Of a DNA stretch of 10,352 nt, positions 6,743-10,352 are shown in pieces. The position numbers were made by a program, and so were the translations under genes. Every line of letters begins with the position of its first letter. Position 1 is the first letter of the stretch. This DNA is from Candidatus Thorarchaeota archaeon (GTDB taxonomy: Archaea; Asgardarchaeota; Thorarchaeia; Thorarchaeales; Thorarchaeaceae): contig JAWOEX010000003.1 in the NCBI GenBank assembly GCA_046482545.1, positions 1 to 10,352 of the forward strand. The letters are read 5' to 3'. The notes under the pieces are model-generated. The model did no database searches. It saw only the letters and a list, made by a program, of their open reading frames with translations, and was not told where the DNA came from.

Positions 6743-9700
6743 ATGAAACGATACATGACAATGATATTAGTAGTCTTACTGATGTTGCCGATTCTATCTC
6801 AAACAGTACCATCTCCAGAATCATATCATACTCCTGACCCATTCCATTCAGAAGTAACAGACACAGACACCTTTGTACCTTCTGAATCGAGCGGCTTAGG
6901 AGACAACCTCTCAGCTACTGCAATCATGTCGAGGACACTATCAGGACAGAACTTGTCTATCTTGAATACTTATGCTAGCCCTACCAAACACAATGGTACC
7001 GTCGACCTGTCAGAGTATCAAATCCCGGGGTGGACGTTGTACAATACGACTCTAGATATTGAGTCGCTGACTGCTGCACCCGAGAGGCAGACTGTAGGGG
7101 TCAATGGAGAAACGTGGGACTTCAAGATATACAAGGATGGTTTGGGACGGATATATGCCCAGATTGCTCAGGGATTCTATGATGAATCTCAGAATGGTTT
7201 ACTGTTGAATTACTCCATCTTCTATGACACAGCGCGTTATGACCCTGATGTCAACAACCCTGCATATTTCGTCATCAGAGAATCACACAATGTCAGTACA
7301 TCTAACATGACCACCCCCTCCATAGTTCCTATTGCTACTACAGCTAGCTGGCATACCGAGAAGGCACGGGTTAACCTCACAGCCAAGGATACCTATTACC
7401 TCGTCTTAGATGGAAGGGAACTTGTAGAGGGTGTTAGTGGTTATCCTGAAATTCGGTGGAGAACTGAGAGTTCAGCAGGTCAGTTCATGAACTATATTTG
7501 GCAAGAAGGCACCGGCAATTGGGACCCGGTTGATGTGGAAGCACTCCTGAATTACACATACACCCCTTGGAATCAGACATCTAACACCCCACTCACGTTC
7601 AATGCTACTGAGCTCTCTCTGAGAGCAAACCAGACACCTGTCGATGGAAATAGGGTGTCCTTTGAAACACCCGGTAACAATATCACCCTTCTGGAGTTTG
7701 ACTCGAACCAGTCGGCCTACATGGGGTATAACATGACCCTTTGGTACTCCAAGGCTTTGACGACCGGTACAGTATGGGAAGCTCCCGAGTCTGGACAGGA
7801 CATACTATGGAACCAAACCCTGACTTTGGAATACCCATCCTTAGAGCATCCTAACGTTGCATCAGGAGAAGTAGAACGGATAGCGGTCTTATCAAAGATG
7901 TCCGATTGGAGCGCAACAGGACTCTATAATGGAACATCAACTGAGAGTTATGAACACTATTCAGTCAATCCAATAAACGTGGTCTGTTCGGATATGACGA
8001 ATGGAACATGGACTCTCACCCTAACAGCTCCAAACTACGTCGATGCTATCGATACATACGATTCAGCAGATGATTCAGTTCTAGCAGGAGATGCAAGCAT
8101 CCTAGTTGATATGGACATCAATACCACCATTGCGGACGGCTCCAGCAATCCAGCTGATACAGGTTCAACTACTCTGACAATCATGCATGAGGGAGAGGAA
8201 ACGCTGGGCCCCAACAACAAAAGCGTAAGTGACGGTAAGACACACTACTTCTGGAACATCAATGAGACAACCCAAGATAATGGCACCTACACTATAGAGG
8301 TCTACTGGGCAAACGGTACAGAAGCAGGTTACTTGGTCAAAGAAATGGTTGTGTTCTACCCGACTTCTCTCACTGCAGAGGATTACTCAATTCATGCCTA
8401 TACGGAAGACAGCTTCCCAATAAGAGTGCAGTTCAATGACACCTATAACGATGCGGGATTGAACGATTCAGTTGCCTCAGTAGTCTATTCATTCGATGGC
8501 GAAACCAACCAGACCATGACAGACCACGACAACGGAACTTGGACCGCAACAGTTGATACTACCGGAAGAAGCGCTGGTAGTCACACCGTTGAGGTCTTTG
8601 GAGAAGAATTTGCGATTGAGAATCAGAGCCTGAGCATTTCGGTTGACCTAATCCACGATACTGAACCGCTCGTGGTCGATTGGGAAAATGGAGCCAATAT
8701 CACCTACGTTGAACGGACAACATTGCTAGTCAACTACTCGCTATTCAACGGTACGCCTGTCGAAGACGCCACGGTGAATGTCACAATCGACTCAAATACA
8801 TGGAATCTCACATGGAATGGAACGAGCTCATTTTACGATCTTAGATTCAACGGTACCGATGATCCACCAGGATTGGGAACGCACTCTCTTACGATCTCTG
8901 CTTGGAAAGTCGGATATGAGGGACAGCTGAATACGAGCTACAGCCTTACCATAAGAGAAGCACCTACAAATCTCCAGCTAGAATGGTTCCAAACCAACAC
9001 AATAACCTATACAGAGAATTCTATTCTAAGAGCAAATTACACCATGCCGAATGGTACATCAATTGAGAATGCCTGGGTTAATGTTACCACAGGAACGTAT
9101 ACATGGAATCTTACCTGGAATGAAACAAGTAGTTTCTATGAATTGGTCTTTAACGGAACCGATGAGGAGACAGGTCTCGGTACCCATAATCTAACAATCA
9201 AAGCGTCGAGACACAAATACGAGGCGAAATCTGAGTCACCTCCAGACCTCACAATCAATACAGAACCAACTAGTATCTGGGTGGATTGGTCACCTTCCAA
9301 TTTGACAATCGACACTACAGAACTGCTGAATCTCACAGTAAATTATACCTACGATGGTAACCCTGTCCCTGATGATGCGATTGTGAATGTCACTGTAGAT
9401 ACAAACGTCTACGATCTAATCTACAACGAATCACACTGGATTGTGTCGATTCCCGGTGGAGATTTCCAAACAGGTGTGTACAACGCCTCAATTGAAGCTT
9501 GGCGCTACGGCTTTGCAGAAGCGACGGATCTAACTGAAGATATCAATATCACACTCGCTATTAGCGTGTTCAGCACTTCATGGAAGCCAACAAATCAGAA
9601 TATCAGCTACATTGAATCAATCGAACTAAATGTGACTTACAATCACGAAGATGAACCAATAGACAACGCAACAGTTCGTCTTATCTTGAATGGGACCGAA

Positions 9701-10352
9701 TTCTACGAGTTAGTATACAATTCTTCTACAGAGATGTGGAGACTAAGCTGTCATGGTGATGAAATAGGACTTGGAACTTGGAACGCTACTATTATCGCTA
9801 ACAAAACTGGTTATCAAAAGGGACAAGACGTATCTTATATTACGGTACACGAAGACACGCCAGTTGTTATCCCGTCCTGGACATCCAATTCAACAGATTA
9901 TATCTCAACAGTCAATCTCTATGTGACCTTCCGTTCGTCGGAAGAAACACCGATTACGGATGGAATAGTTGAGGTTACCGTTAATTCAGAGACTTACATA
10001 GGTCAGCATCAATCCCAAGGGAACTACAGTGTAGAAATAGGTCCAGAACTGGAACTTGGAAACAACTCCATGACTCTATATGTTGATAGAGAAGGATATG
10101 AGTCTCAAATCATAGACCTATACTTGGATGTGGCAGAAGCAAATGCAACGCTTGGTGTAAGTCATACCAGCCTGAGCATCTACTATGATGGTACGGTGAA
10201 TCTCACTATAGAATATTCCATGGATAATGAATCAAGTATCTCACCTGCGACACTAATCTTCACGGTAGATGGAGAAAACCACTCAGCAGAGTGGACAGGT
10301 ATTCAATGGGAAGTTACACTCAACGGAACTACACTTGGAACCGGGATACATG
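6743..10352 (+). CDS. Large secreted/cell-surface glycoprotein with tandem Ig-like beta-sandwich repeats, 3'-truncated (>1203 aa)
   Basis: Manual translation from the ATG at 6743 shows no stop up to the window end. N-terminus MKRYMTMILVVLLMLPILSQ resembles a signal peptide. The protein is T/N/S/E/D-rich with many N-x-S/T sequons. It is probably missing from the ORF track because it has no stop codon in the window. Confidence 0.93.
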   Translation, partial: MKRYMTMILVVLLMLPILSQTVPSPESYHTPDPFHSEVTDTDTFVPSESSGLGDNLSATAIMSRTLSGQNLSILNTYASPTKHNGTVDLSEYQIPGWTLYNTTLDIESLTAAPERQTVGVNGETWDFKIYKDGLGRIYAQIAQGFYDESQNGLLLNYSIFYDTARYDPDVNNPAYFVIRESHNVSTSNMTTPSIVPIATTASWHTEKARVNLTAKDTYYLVLDGRELVEGVSGYPEIRWRTESSAGQFMNYIWQEGTGNWDPVDVEALLNYTYTPWNQTSNTPLTFNATELSLRANQTPVDGNRVSFETPGNNITLLEFDSNQSAYMGYNMTLWYSKALTTGTVWEAPESGQDILWNQTLTLEYPSLEHPNVASGEVERIAVLSKMSDWSATGLYNGTSTESYEHYSVNPINVVCSDMTNGTWTLTLTAPNYVDAIDTYDSADDSVLAGDASILVDMDINTTIADGSSNPADTGSTTLTIMHEGEETLGPNNKSVSDGKTHYFWNINETTQDNGTYTIEVYWANGTEAGYLVKEMVVFYPTSLTAEDYSIHAYTEDSFPIRVQFNDTYNDAGLNDSVASVVYSFDGETNQTMTDHDNGTWTATVDTTGRSAGSHTVEVFGEEFAIENQSLSISVDLIHDTEPLVVDWENGANITYVERTTLLVNYSLFNGTPVEDATVNVTIDSNTWNLTWNGTSSFYDLRFNGTDDPPGLGTHSLTISAWKVGYEGQLNTSYSLTIREAPTNLQLEWFQTNTITYTENSILRANYTMPNGTSIENAWVNVTTGTYTWNLTWNETSSFYELVFNGTDEETGLGTHNLTIKASRHKYEAKSESPPDLTINTEPTSIWVDWSPSNLTIDTTELLNLTVNYTYDGNPVPDDAIVNVTVDTNVYDLIYNESHWIVSIPGGDFQTGVYNASIEAWRYGFAEATDLTEDINITLAISVFSTSWKPTNQNISYIESIELNVTYNHEDEPIDNATVRLILNGTEFYELVYNSSTEMWRLSCHGDEIGLGTWNATIIANKTGYQKGQDVSYITVHEDTPVVIPSWTSNSTDYISTVNLYVTFRSSEETPITDGIVEVTVNSETYIGQHQSQGNYSVEIGPELELGNNSMTLYVDREGYESQIIDLYLDVAEANATLGVSHTSLSIYYDGTVNLTIEYSMDNESSISPATLIFTVDGENHSAEWTGIQWEVTLNGTTLGTGIH
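8360..10352 (+). repeat. Six complete and one partial ~95-102 aa protein-level repeats (Ig-like)
   Basis: Units start near 8360, 8657, 8963, 9266, 9560, 9857 and 10142. Consensus is roughly PT.L...W....I.Y.E...L.VNY...G.P...A.VNVT......L.......Y/W.....G.....G....TI.A...GYE. Confidence 0.85.

Noticed and set aside
8035-9336. Minus-strand ORFs 8035..8220 and 9136..9336
   Set aside because: They are antisense to the continuous >1200-codon surface-protein frame.

Overview
Archaeal chromosomal window. GGTGA/GGAGG-type ribosome-binding sites, a split four-subunit-type 2-oxoacid:ferredoxin oxidoreductase, a DUF2299-like gene and a sequon-rich giant surface protein point to an archaeon. An Asgard/Thorarchaeia origin is my inference, not something shown. 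Gene order: 3' part of ubiX (+); a 4-TM membrane protein with an acidic hexapeptide tandem-repeat tail (-); a SAMHD1-like HD-domain protein whose catalytic residues are almost all substituted (-); a delta-alpha-beta 2-oxoacid:ferredoxin oxidoreductase operon (VOR-like, no gamma gene) (-); a divergent nitrilase/omega-amidase (+); a DUF2299-like protein ending in a proteasome-type HbYX motif (+); a 362-nt non-coding gap; and a >1200-aa secreted Ig-like-repeat glycoprotein (+) that runs off the window and is absent from the ORF track. The most interesting signals are the apparent SAMHD1-type pseudoenzyme with a retained allosteric motif and the YYT-terminated DUF2299-like protein. I found no mobile element, CRISPR array, tRNA or rRNA.
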